A DNA stretch of 22,565 nucleotides from Oculatellaceae cyanobacterium bins.114 (GTDB lineage Bacteria > Cyanobacteriota > Cyanobacteriia > Elainellales > Elainellaceae): positions 1 through 22,565 of the forward strand of contig JANRJA010000053.1 in the NCBI GenBank assembly GCA_033764315.1. Reading direction: 5' to 3'. Position 1 is the first letter of the stretch, and each line of letters opens with the position of its first letter. Below the pieces are notes generated by a model. The model ran no database searches, was not told where the DNA came from, and saw only the letters and a program-made list of their open reading frames with translations. Positions 9,646 to 17,602 of the stretch are shown in pieces. Made by a program: the position numbers and the translations under genes.

Positions 9646-9723
9646 TTGACAGGGCGATCGCCCCATGAGCCATCCTTTACAATGATTGGCAGAGGCAAAA
9701 CGTTTCTCGTGGGAGGCTTGTCT

Positions 9724-10329
9724 ATGATTGCGACCCCTAAACTTCGTCGGTTGACACCACAAGAATATTTTGAGTGGGAAGCCCAGCAAGAGCTACGGTA
9801 TGAGTACTTTGATGGGGAAGTGTTTGCCATGACAGGGGGTTCCCTGCCCCACGGTCGCATTGGCTTGAATGTGAGTTCGTTGCTAAAGTCTCATGTTAGG
9901 GGCAAGGGGTGTATTGTACTCAACTCTGACTGCAAGGTAGGGATTTCTGAAAAAGGACCTTTTACGTATCCGGATGCCAGTGTGAGTTGTGATCAGCGCG
10001 ATCGCACAGCAGAAGACTTTATTCGATTCCCTTGCCTGATTGTCGAAGTGTTGTCTCCTGGCACCGAAGCCTATGACCGGGGTGGAAAATTTGCCCTCTA
10101 CCGTCGTTTGGAAAGTTTGCAAGAATATGTTTTAGTCGGGTCTGAAACGAAGATCGTTGAGGTCTTTCGGCGCAACCAACAGGGGACATGGGTGTTTGTC
10201 CCTTATGGTGAAAGCGATGAGATTGAGTTGACAAGTGTGGGTTTAACGATACCGATGGCGGCAATCTATGAAGATGTGATCCTGGCGCAATCGGAAACCC
10301 AGGAAAGTCCTTTGGCAGAGGAAGGTTGA
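9724..10329 (+). CDS. Uma2 family endonuclease
   Basis: ATG 9724 behind GGAGG; RYEYFDGEVFAM, TYPD, LIVEVLSPGT, LQEYVLV. Confidence 0.93.
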   Translation: MIATPKLRRLTPQEYFEWEAQQELRYEYFDGEVFAMTGGSLPHGRIGLNVSSLLKSHVRGKGCIVLNSDCKVGISEKGPFTYPDASVSCDQRDRTAEDFIRFPCLIVEVLSPGTEAYDRGGKFALYRRLESLQEYVLVGSETKIVEVFRRNQQGTWVFVPYGESDEIELTSVGLTIPMAAIYEDVILAQSETQESPLAEEG

Positions 10330-10342
10330 TCCTGGAAGTGGT

Positions 10343-10406
10343 GGCGATCGCACTTACCCCCAGGTCTGCCACTTCTCGAATCAGTCGCAGATCTGCCATA
10401 CTCACT
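10343..10406. repeat. HIP1-anchored dispersed repeat, copy A
   Basis: GGCGATCGCACTTACCCCCAGGTCTGCCACTTCTC...AGTCGCAGATCTGCCATACTC; 34/35 identical to 11294-11328 and similar to 11968-12033. Confidence 0.85.
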
Positions 10407-10497
10407 GTTTCCGCTCAAGCGATCGCCCCCACGCTTTAACAAATGCACTACAGATGAATTACAACTATTCAATTAGCTAAAACCAGGAGATAGATTT

Positions 10498-10806
10498 GTG
10501 AGTACTCAAATTAGTATCCAAATTGAGAAAACAGAGACAGGCTACTTAGCCTACAGTCCAGAAGTTACAGGTAGTCAAGTGCAAGGTGACTCTTTTGAAA
10601 TTGTTGTTGATGCACTTAAACCAATCATTGGCAGTTTTTTGAAAGCGCAAGAAGGTCGATTCACCAGTACAACAGACAGACCCATCTGGGAAATTGCTCA
10701 GGAAATCACCAGTGATATGACTGAAGAAGAGATTCGGCAACTGCCATCTGATGGCGCAGAACAGCATGATCACTATATCTATGGCATTCCTAAGCGGACA
10801 TTATGA
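10498..10806 (+). CDS. Putative antitoxin (HicB-like N-terminus, C-terminal LPSDGAEQHDHYIYG segment)
   Basis: IEKTETGYLAYSPEV.G..QGDSFE resembles HicB fold; ATGA overlap with downstream PIN gene; AGGAG RBS. Confidence 0.7.
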   Translation: MSTQISIQIEKTETGYLAYSPEVTGSQVQGDSFEIVVDALKPIIGSFLKAQEGRFTSTTDRPIWEIAQEITSDMTEEEIRQLPSDGAEQHDHYIYGIPKRTL

Positions 10807-11213
10807 GAACACTGTTCGCAGATACTTTCTATTGGGTTGCTCTCATCAATCCTGCCGATGATTGGTACAGTCGAGTTCTCAATGTCAGCTCTTCTTTGGG
10901 GCAAATTCAACTGGTCACGACAGATGAAGTATTAACTGAAGTCCTTACCTTTTACTCAGAAGCAGGTTCACGGATGCGACAGCGTACAGTTGCTTTTGTG
11001 GATAATGTTTTGAGTAATACTACTATTCAAGTGATTCAACAGACTCACGATTCCTTCTTGTCTGGCTTGAAACTTTACCGCGATCGCCTTGATAAAGGGT
11101 ATAGTCTCACTGATTGTATATCCATGAATACAATGCAAAACCTGAGTATCACAGAAGTGCTAACCCATGATCAGCACTTCGTTCAAGAAGGGTTCATGAT
11201 TTTATTCAAATAG
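10803..11213 (+). CDS. vapC: PIN-domain VapC-type toxin
   Basis: LFADTFYW, VLTEVL, YSLTDCIS, LTHDQHF acidic PIN motifs; 136 aa. Confidence 0.9.
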   Translation: MRTLFADTFYWVALINPADDWYSRVLNVSSSLGQIQLVTTDEVLTEVLTFYSEAGSRMRQRTVAFVDNVLSNTTIQVIQQTHDSFLSGLKLYRDRLDKGYSLTDCISMNTMQNLSITEVLTHDQHFVQEGFMILFK

Positions 11214-11293
11214 CACATGATCTCAAAATAGAGAATTACTAAATGCCTCAAAAGTAGAACGCGATCGCTCTTTTCTACTTACCACCTCAATAG

Positions 11294-11328
11294 GGCGATC
11301 GCACTTACCTCCAGGTCTGCCACTTCTC
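11294..11328. repeat. HIP1-anchored dispersed repeat, copy B (partial)
   Basis: 34/35 identical to 10343-10377. Confidence 0.85.
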
Positions 11329-11342
11329 AACTAGCATGGAGG

Positions 11343-11909
11343 TTATCTTGCTCCGACTTTTAACCAGCTAAACATCTGCTCTACTGTTAATCTCAAGTCA
11401 ACACCGGGTAAGCAAGGGAGGGGTGCATCTCCGAACAATTCATCAGGTAAGCGATCGGGGCGATAGACTAACACCACTCGCTCATCAGGATCAATCAACC
11501 AACCCATCTTTCCCCCATGACGCAAGCTATGTAAAATCTTGCGCGTCACTTTCATCTGGCTCTGGTCGGGCGATAGAATCTCAATCATCCAGTCGGGTGC
11601 AATGGTGATTCCGGTGCTGGAAATATCGCCATTCTCATCCACAGGAATGTAGGCTTTGCTTAGGACTACTAGATCGGGCACGATCGACTTGCCCCCAACA
11701 GTACACCGCAACTCAGGTAGAGCTTCATAGGCTGAATCGAGTGCATTAATGGCACTGGCAAGACGTAATTGCAGGCGACTATGCTTTCCTCCTGGCATTG
11801 GCTTTTGGATGGCTTCTCCCTGTACAAATTCCCAGGCAGGGGATTCTTCAATATCAGGCAGTCTTAAGAACTGCTCTAGGGTTAAGGGTTGAGATGAGGC
11901 AAGGGTCAT
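11343..11909 (-). CDS. Uma2 family endonuclease
   Basis: LTLEQFL, QKPMPGGKHS, ELRC...SIVPDL, PDWMIEILSPDQ, GWLIDP. Confidence 0.93.
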   Translation of the reverse strand: MTLASSQPLTLEQFLRLPDIEESPAWEFVQGEAIQKPMPGGKHSRLQLRLASAINALDSAYEALPELRCTVGGKSIVPDLVVLSKAYIPVDENGDISSTGITIAPDWMIEILSPDQSQMKVTRKILHSLRHGGKMGWLIDPDERVVLVYRPDRLPDELFGDAPLPCLPGVDLRLTVEQMFSWLKVGAR

Positions 11910-11967
11910 AATGGTGTAAAGTCACACAAACCTCTAATACTCTGGATTTTAACGCTTTTAGAGGGTG

Positions 11968-12033
11968 GGCGATCGCACCCTCACCCTGAGATTTGCGACT
12001 TCTTGAAGCAGTTGCAGATCTTGCATACTCCCT
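11968..12033. repeat. HIP1-anchored dispersed repeat, copy C (diverged)
   Basis: GGCGATCGCAC...AGATTTGCGACTTCTTGAAGCAGTTGCAGATCTTGCATACTC aligns with copy A and contains an imperfect IR. Confidence 0.75.
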
Positions 12034-12034
12034 A

Positions 12035-15000
12035 TCAACGTGAGTGAAATGCTTGATAAAAATCCGGATAGGGCATTGTCTCAGCGCATTTCATCATGAG
12101 TGGATAGAGTTGAGAGAGTTTCTTTGTGCGTAAGTGGCGACGAAGCGATCGTACTATTTGGATCGACACCTGATCACTCATACCGATACTGATATTGTTC
12201 AAAGTCCACACTGCTCTCCAAAAAACATTGTTATCTTGAGTAGTTTCTATTAGTTGAGCTAGTGCCTGAACTATAGTCTCACTGCTTGGATCAATTTTGC
12301 TCAAACTCTTAGCTACGTCATCGATGTTTCCTTGAGCAATTATCAACACTCGTAGCAGTGCCCGGATCGCCGTCTCATTGCCAGGGTCAATTGTATCCAG
12401 GCTCTTGGCTACACTCTTAAGAGTGTATTCATCTTGAGTTGTTTCCAACACTCGTATCAGTGCGTGAATTGCCGTCTCATTACCAACACCGATTTTGCCC
12501 AAGATCTCGGCTGCATCCCTAAGAGTGTGTTTATCTTGAGTCGTTTTTATCAGTTGCACTAGTACTCGAATTGCTGTCTCATTGCCAGGGTCAATTCTGT
12601 ATAAACTCTCGGCTGCATCCCTAAGAGTGTATTTATCTTGAGTCGTTTCCAACACCCGCACCAATGCCCAAATCGCCGTCTCATTACCAGCACCGATTCT
12701 GTCCAAGATCTCGGCTGCTCCCAAAAGAATGTGATCATCTTCAGTGGTTTCTACAAGTTGCATCAGTGCGTGAATTGCCGTCTCATTGCCAGCGCTGATT
12801 CTGCCCAAGATCTCGGCTGCTCCCAAAAGAATGTAATCATCTTCAGTGGTTTCTACAAGTTGCACCAGTGCCTGAATCGCCGTCTCATTACCAGCACCGA
12901 TTATACCCAAGCTCTCGAATGCTTCCCCAAGAATGTGATCATCTTCAGTGGTTTCCAACACCCGTAGCAGTGCCTGAATCGCTGTCTCATTGCTAGGAGC
13001 CATATAACTCAAGATCTCGGCTGCTTCCCGGAGCATGTGATCATCTTCAGTGGTTTCTACAAGTTGCACCAGTGCCCGAATCGCCGTCTCATTGCCAACA
13101 CCGATTTCGCCCAAGCTCTCGAATGCTTTCCCACGAGTGCCTAGATCTTGAGTTGTTTCCAACACCCGTAGCAGTACCCTGATCGCCGTCTCATTACCAG
13201 CACCGATTATACCCAAGGTCTCGACTGCTCTCCAACGCTTTACTAAATCTCTAAATTCCGATCTCTCTTGTTTAGTCATATACTCTGAAAAGATCCCGGA
13301 TAGCATCCGCCGGTTTAATGGCTCTTGAGTTGTTTCCAACACCTGCACCATTGCGCTGATCGCCGTCTCATTACCAGTACCGATTTCGCCCAAGAGCCTG
13401 GCTGCGCTATCATAAGCGATTTCATTTTGAGTGGTTTCCAATACCTGCACTAGTACTCGAATCGCTGTTTCATTGCCAGGATCAATTTCTTCCAAACTCT
13501 CGACTACAATCCTGCGGATATATTGATCTTGAGTAGTTTCCAATACCTGCACTAGTACCTGAATCGCTGTCTTACTACCAGCACCGATTCTGCCCAAGAT
13601 CTTGACCGCGCCCTCAAAGGTGACTATACTTTGAGTGGTTTTCAACACCTGCGCCAGTACTCGAATTGCTCGTCGGGAATCTGTACTGCTGAAGGCGGGA
13701 GCAACAAGATTAATCCAGCTTTGTCTTAACTCATCATCGTAATTCGGTACATAAAAGTTATAAAGATTAAACCAACTTTGTTCTAACCCATCAAAGTCAA
13801 ACGCCCAGTACACCAGTTTATTAACAATCTCATCAGCATGGGTACAATCTCTAAACTCAGCAATCCCTCTGGCTGCCAACAAAAATGCTCGGTCGCTGTA
13901 GAAACCTCCACATCGATCCTTAAATCTCATCATTGACCAAATCAAGGCATCCTTCTCTGACTTGTTCACGTCTTTGCGCCCCAACCACAGCAGAAATACC
14001 TGCTTCCATTGGGGTTCAAAAATGCGATAGGCAATTTTCGCTTCTTTGGCATTACGTGGTTTTGGATTGAGAAAAAAGCGTCCATTGTCGATCGCTAATG
14101 CAGCAAAATATTCTTCAAAAGTCGCGTGATAAAAGGCATATATTGCTTGCATTGGGTCATTTGCATCTACCCCAACTTGGTTCAACCAACCCACTTCTAG
14201 CGCCAGATCCAGAAGAGTTCCCTGTCCTTCTGCTAGAGCTTCGCTCAAAATGCGGCTAACAAATGGATGTCGCAATCGAAAGCGGGTATGGTGTTGATCG
14301 TCCGTATCATCTATTGCTGCGAGAGCAAGCTTCGCTAATGCCTGATTTAATTGTGCTTGCTGTTTGGGGGTAGTTGGAAACTGCTCATGCTTCCACTCAT
14401 AAATGCGATTGACAAACCGTTGATAGAGTTCTGCCTGAGTTTCAGGTAGTTGTCCCTGTTGCAAATACCAGTTAAAGCACAATAGCGTTAACCGCAGCGG
14501 ATTTTTGACCAAATCCCGAATTCGCTCTTTCCCCGACTCCTTTAAAGCCGCACATAATGACTGACCAAGTTCAGCTTTTCTCCGGGGTGCAAACCATTGT
14601 CTGATAAACTGCTCCACTTGATCGGGGTAAGCAAACTCCAGGGTGCGATAGGTGTCAAACTGAGTGAGTGAATTGCGATCGCCATCCCACAAATTCAGCC
14701 GACAAGTCAGCAAAATTTTTGCCTGTTGCAGCCATCCTCCCTCTTGCATTTGGCGTTGAATGTCAGTTAAGGGATTGCCTGAAACCTGCATCTCATCTAA
14801 GCCATCTAGCAGCAGCCAGACTCGACCCTGCTTAAACTGAGCGGCAAAGTTTGCTTTGTCTGCCTGCGAGGGTTCTGCACCTCCCGCCGCTCGAATCACC
14901 CGTTGCAGCCAGCGTTTCTCTAAATAGGTTTCTAACGAGTCGCCCTGCAAATCTGCTAGCGATATCCAAATCACAATTGAGTCTGGAAAGGTTGCCGCTG

Positions 15001-15637
15001 CCCATCGAGCAATTTGTTGCAACAGCGTTGTCTTTCCTGCACCCGGTTCCCCAATAATGGCAACTCGTTTGCCCTGGCTCTTGGGACTCTGCCCCTGCTG
15101 TAAGACCTGCTCCAGAAATTGCTCATGCTCAAATTTCTGAGTGACCTCGACTTCTTCTGCCTCAAATCTCTGGGGCGATCGCTCTTCTAAACCTTCCTGA
15201 TACAATCTCGAACCTTGCTCTGGGGAAACATCCTGCTTCTGGCGCGGTACCTTCTTCCGCTCCACTAGCCCCAACGGTACATACACCTGCTCAACTTGAT
15301 AGGCAATGTCTTCGCCTTTTGTCATCGGGTTGGTCGTTAACTGGAGCCGCTCCTCCAACAGTGTTCGGCTGGTTTGTTGCCAATCAAGTTCGAGTGGTGG
15401 GGATGGCAGTTGCGTTGGCGTAGCCGCTCGGAACGAGCTTCGCAACATATCCCGAATCTCAGTTAACAAGTCAGTGTCTAATCCACTGAGCGTGTCCCCA
15501 ATTGAGACTCCTGTTCCCTCACCCAAGTTGACGTTATATTTGCCATGCTGCTCGACAAACTGAATGATGAGCGATCGCCCATCATTGGTTTTGACCCAGT
15601 TTTGCAGTTCAGCCAACAGTGCGTCGCGGTTCATCAT
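12035..15637 (-). CDS. NLR-like STAND protein: N-terminal amyloid-like motif, NACHT NTPase, HEAT repeats
   Basis: Walker A GEPGAGKTT, Walker B LLLDGLDE, LTCR, NPLRL, F(Y)HATFEEYFAA; C-terminal 34-aa helical repeats. Confidence 0.93.
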   Translation of the reverse strand: MMNRDALLAELQNWVKTNDGRSLIIQFVEQHGKYNVNLGEGTGVSIGDTLSGLDTDLLTEIRDMLRSSFRAATPTQLPSPPLELDWQQTSRTLLEERLQLTTNPMTKGEDIAYQVEQVYVPLGLVERKKVPRQKQDVSPEQGSRLYQEGLEERSPQRFEAEEVEVTQKFEHEQFLEQVLQQGQSPKSQGKRVAIIGEPGAGKTTLLQQIARWAAATFPDSIVIWISLADLQGDSLETYLEKRWLQRVIRAAGGAEPSQADKANFAAQFKQGRVWLLLDGLDEMQVSGNPLTDIQRQMQEGGWLQQAKILLTCRLNLWDGDRNSLTQFDTYRTLEFAYPDQVEQFIRQWFAPRRKAELGQSLCAALKESGKERIRDLVKNPLRLTLLCFNWYLQQGQLPETQAELYQRFVNRIYEWKHEQFPTTPKQQAQLNQALAKLALAAIDDTDDQHHTRFRLRHPFVSRILSEALAEGQGTLLDLALEVGWLNQVGVDANDPMQAIYAFYHATFEEYFAALAIDNGRFFLNPKPRNAKEAKIAYRIFEPQWKQVFLLWLGRKDVNKSEKDALIWSMMRFKDRCGGFYSDRAFLLAARGIAEFRDCTHADEIVNKLVYWAFDFDGLEQSWFNLYNFYVPNYDDELRQSWINLVAPAFSSTDSRRAIRVLAQVLKTTQSIVTFEGAVKILGRIGAGSKTAIQVLVQVLETTQDQYIRRIVVESLEEIDPGNETAIRVLVQVLETTQNEIAYDSAARLLGEIGTGNETAISAMVQVLETTQEPLNRRMLSGIFSEYMTKQERSEFRDLVKRWRAVETLGIIGAGNETAIRVLLRVLETTQDLGTRGKAFESLGEIGVGNETAIRALVQLVETTEDDHMLREAAEILSYMAPSNETAIQALLRVLETTEDDHILGEAFESLGIIGAGNETAIQALVQLVETTEDDYILLGAAEILGRISAGNETAIHALMQLVETTEDDHILLGAAEILDRIGAGNETAIWALVRVLETTQDKYTLRDAAESLYRIDPGNETAIRVLVQLIKTTQDKHTLRDAAEILGKIGVGNETAIHALIRVLETTQDEYTLKSVAKSLDTIDPGNETAIRALLRVLIIAQGNIDDVAKSLSKIDPSSETIVQALAQLIETTQDNNVFWRAVWTLNNISIGMSDQVSIQIVRSLRRHLRTKKLSQLYPLMMKCAETMPYPDFYQAFHSR
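12200..13670 (-). repeat. Intragenic 102-bp (34-aa) tandem HEAT-repeat array, about 13-14 units
   Basis: Marker (C/T)GTCTCATT or a close variant recurs at 12371, 12473, 12575, 12677, 12779, 12881, 12983, 13085, 13187, then 13364, 13466, 13568. Confidence 0.92.
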
Positions 15638-15782
15638 GGGAGTGACTCAAACGCCCAAACTCTTTAGTGCAAGGTAACTCTTTACTTAAGATAAGGCATC
15701 AAGTCTTTAGGAAAACGTTAGAGGCGATCGCCCCATAACTCATACATTACAATTAAGATAACTCCCAGCCATTTTGTTTTCC

Positions 15783-16112
15783 ATGACTCGTCAAGAACTT
15801 GAGCAGCAACTTCTCAGTCTCTCGCTATCTGACAAAGCTGAGATTGTTCAAAGTTTGACTAAAACCCTGAGTATGGGCGACAAGGGAATCACCAAAAAGC
15901 CTGGTGTTTGCGGCGGGGAAGCCTGTATTGCCGGAACCCGCATTGCCGTTTGGCTCTTGGTCGAAGCGCAGCAGCTTGGCATTCGGGAAGCTCAACTCTT
16001 GCAGGACTATCCTCATATTACGGCTGCCGATCTGGTTAATGCCCGGGCATATGCTGAAGCCCATCCAGAGGAGATTGCTGCTGCCATTCTTGCTAACAAC
16101 GAAGTTGCCTAG
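15783..16112 (+). CDS. DUF433-type antitoxin, copy 1
   Basis: ITKKPGVCGGEACIAGTRIAVW..LLQDYPHITAADL. Confidence 0.88.
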   Translation: MTRQELEQQLLSLSLSDKAEIVQSLTKTLSMGDKGITKKPGVCGGEACIAGTRIAVWLLVEAQQLGIREAQLLQDYPHITAADLVNARAYAEAHPEEIAAAILANNEVA

Positions 16113-16115
16113 CGG

Positions 16116-16256
16116 ATGGCACGGCTGTATGTAGATGAGCAGTTTCCACGGGAAGTGAGCGATCGCCCATCATTTGACAAATGGTTACGCTCCTACGTTG
16201 GCAGCAGAACAAACGAATTCCAGTTAAAGTCTAAGAGAGAGGCAATCTCAATGTAA
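16116..16256 (+). pseudogene. Truncated DUF5615 (PIN-like) toxin remnant
   Basis: Translates MARLYVDEQFPREV, matching MAKLYADEQFPRLV of 16616-16954; similarity is lost at HIP1 16159-16166 and the frame stops after 46 codons. Confidence 0.8.
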
Positions 16257-16270
16257 AGGCAATCGTAGAC

Positions 16271-16612
16271 ATGACCCTCAAAGAGTTAGAAACCCAACTA
16301 CTGGCTTTAAACCCAGTAGAAAAAGCGGAAATCATTCAGGTTCTGACCCAGAGCTTGGGTAATGGCTCACGAGGAATTACAAAAACCCCTGGAGTGATGG
16401 GAGGAGATGCCTGTATTGCAGACACTCGCCTTCCAGTTTGGCTGTTTGTCAGTCTACGTCACCAAGGAGCAACGGATGCTGAGCTGTTCAATGCCTATCC
16501 CCAGCTTACGGCGGCTGATTTGGTGAACGTCTGGGCATATGCAGAAGCTTATCCAGACGAAATTGAGACGGCTTTGCAAGAACAGGAAGATGCAATACGG
16601 GAAGACCTTTAG
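16271..16612 (+). CDS. DUF433-type antitoxin, copy 2
   Basis: ITKTPGVMGGDACIADTRLPVW..YPQLTAADL; paralogue of 15783-16112. Confidence 0.88.
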   Translation: MTLKELETQLLALNPVEKAEIIQVLTQSLGNGSRGITKTPGVMGGDACIADTRLPVWLFVSLRHQGATDAELFNAYPQLTAADLVNVWAYAEAYPDEIETALQEQEDAIREDL

Positions 16613-16615
16613 AGC

Positions 16616-16954
16616 ATGGCAAAGTTATATGCAGACGAGCAGTTTCCTCGCCTTGTTGTAAAGTGTTTGCGTAGCTTTGGTCATGATGTTTTAACCGTTC
16701 AGGAGTCAGGAAACGCTGGATTTTCTGACCCACACGTTTTAGAATTTGCGATCGCTAATGAGCGTATTGTTCTGACTTTAAACCGACGTGATTTTAAGCG
16801 ATTACATCAGTTGCAGCCAAATCATGCTGGGATTATTGTTTGTACTGAAGACAGAGACAGTGAAAGATTTGCAACTCGTATCCATGAGGCGATTGTACTT
16901 GAGGAATCCCTACAAGGTAAGCTGATTCGAGTTGTGCGCCCCAATTTACAGTAG
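16616..16954 (+). CDS. DUF5615 family PIN-like toxin
   Basis: LYADEQFP, GHDVLTV, SDPHVL, RIVLTLNRRDF, HAGII; 3 bp after the DUF433 gene. Confidence 0.88.
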   Translation: MAKLYADEQFPRLVVKCLRSFGHDVLTVQESGNAGFSDPHVLEFAIANERIVLTLNRRDFKRLHQLQPNHAGIIVCTEDRDSERFATRIHEAIVLEESLQGKLIRVVRPNLQ

Positions 16955-17096
16955 TTGAAATTGCCTTGGATCGTTCCGTTGAGCTTTTGAAGCGATCGCA
17001 CTTTTACCCTAAAACCTCCAACTTGGTAAAGCCTCAAATCTTGTTTAATCTAATTTCAGAGACGATAGAAACGTACTTTATCTATTTAGGTGAATT

Positions 17097-17522
17097 GTGC
17101 TGCAAGATCCTCTAATTCGCGCCCCGATCGCCATTAGTCTGGGAGCGATCGCGGGTGCATTGAGTCGTTATTACCTGACCCTCTGGTGTGCAAAGGTATT
17201 AGGAAATAGCTTTCCCTACGGCACGTTTTTTATCAATGTGACGGGTTGCTTGGCGATGGGGTTCTTGACCACTCTGTTTTTAGAGCGTGCTCTCACCGTT
17301 CCATCGGAAGTGCGGTTGATGGTGACGACTGGATTTTTAGGAGCCTACACCACCTTCTCAACCTACGGGTTAGATACGGTCAATCTGTGGCGCGATTACC
17401 CTGACGGGGGAACTGTTGGGCATCGCACCTTGACCCTGGCTGTGCTCTATTGGGCAGGCAGTGCCATTTTAGGAGTTGGGGCAGTGTTGTTAGGAGTCAG
17501 CCTAGCCAGATTAGGAAAATAG
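17097..17522 (+). CDS. crcB: Fluoride efflux channel Fluc/CrcB
   Basis: [34 protein letters not shown]. Confidence 0.95.
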   Translation: MLQDPLIRAPIAISLGAIAGALSRYYLTLWCAKVLGNSFPYGTFFINVTGCLAMGFLTTLFLERALTVPSEVRLMVTTGFLGAYTTFSTYGLDTVNLWRDYPDGGTVGHRTLTLAVLYWAGSAILGVGAVLLGVSLARLGK

Positions 17523-17602
17523 AGCAAAACGATGCCTTTGAGATACTCTGTCATGCCAAATCCCCTCTAGACTAAAATCAAACCCTATTTCAATTCACCG
17601 CA

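Noticed and set aside
7287..9723. Longer N-termini given by the ORF track for TPR (7287), TIR (8201) and Uma2 copy 2 (9646)
   Set aside because: Extensions overlap upstream genes or promoter regions; downstream ATGs at 7356, 8309 and 9724 fit domain starts better
9076..9789. 237-aa antisense ORF and other shadow ORFs (e.g. 12638-12967, 20248-20694, 21653-22081, 21940-22212)
   Set aside because: They overlap well-supported genes in another frame or strand and show no recognisable motifs
12200..13670. Regular repeats suggesting a CRISPR array
   Set aside because: Period is 102 bp, in frame within a CDS, the intervening sequences are homologous to each other, and there are no cas genes
8309..17000. 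Prophage or true integron
   Set aside because: No integrase, phage structural genes or canonical attC sites are visible in the window
16955..17096. Fluoride riboswitch upstream of crcB
   Set aside because: I could not find the conserved GATGG...CTGATG-type core in this spacer
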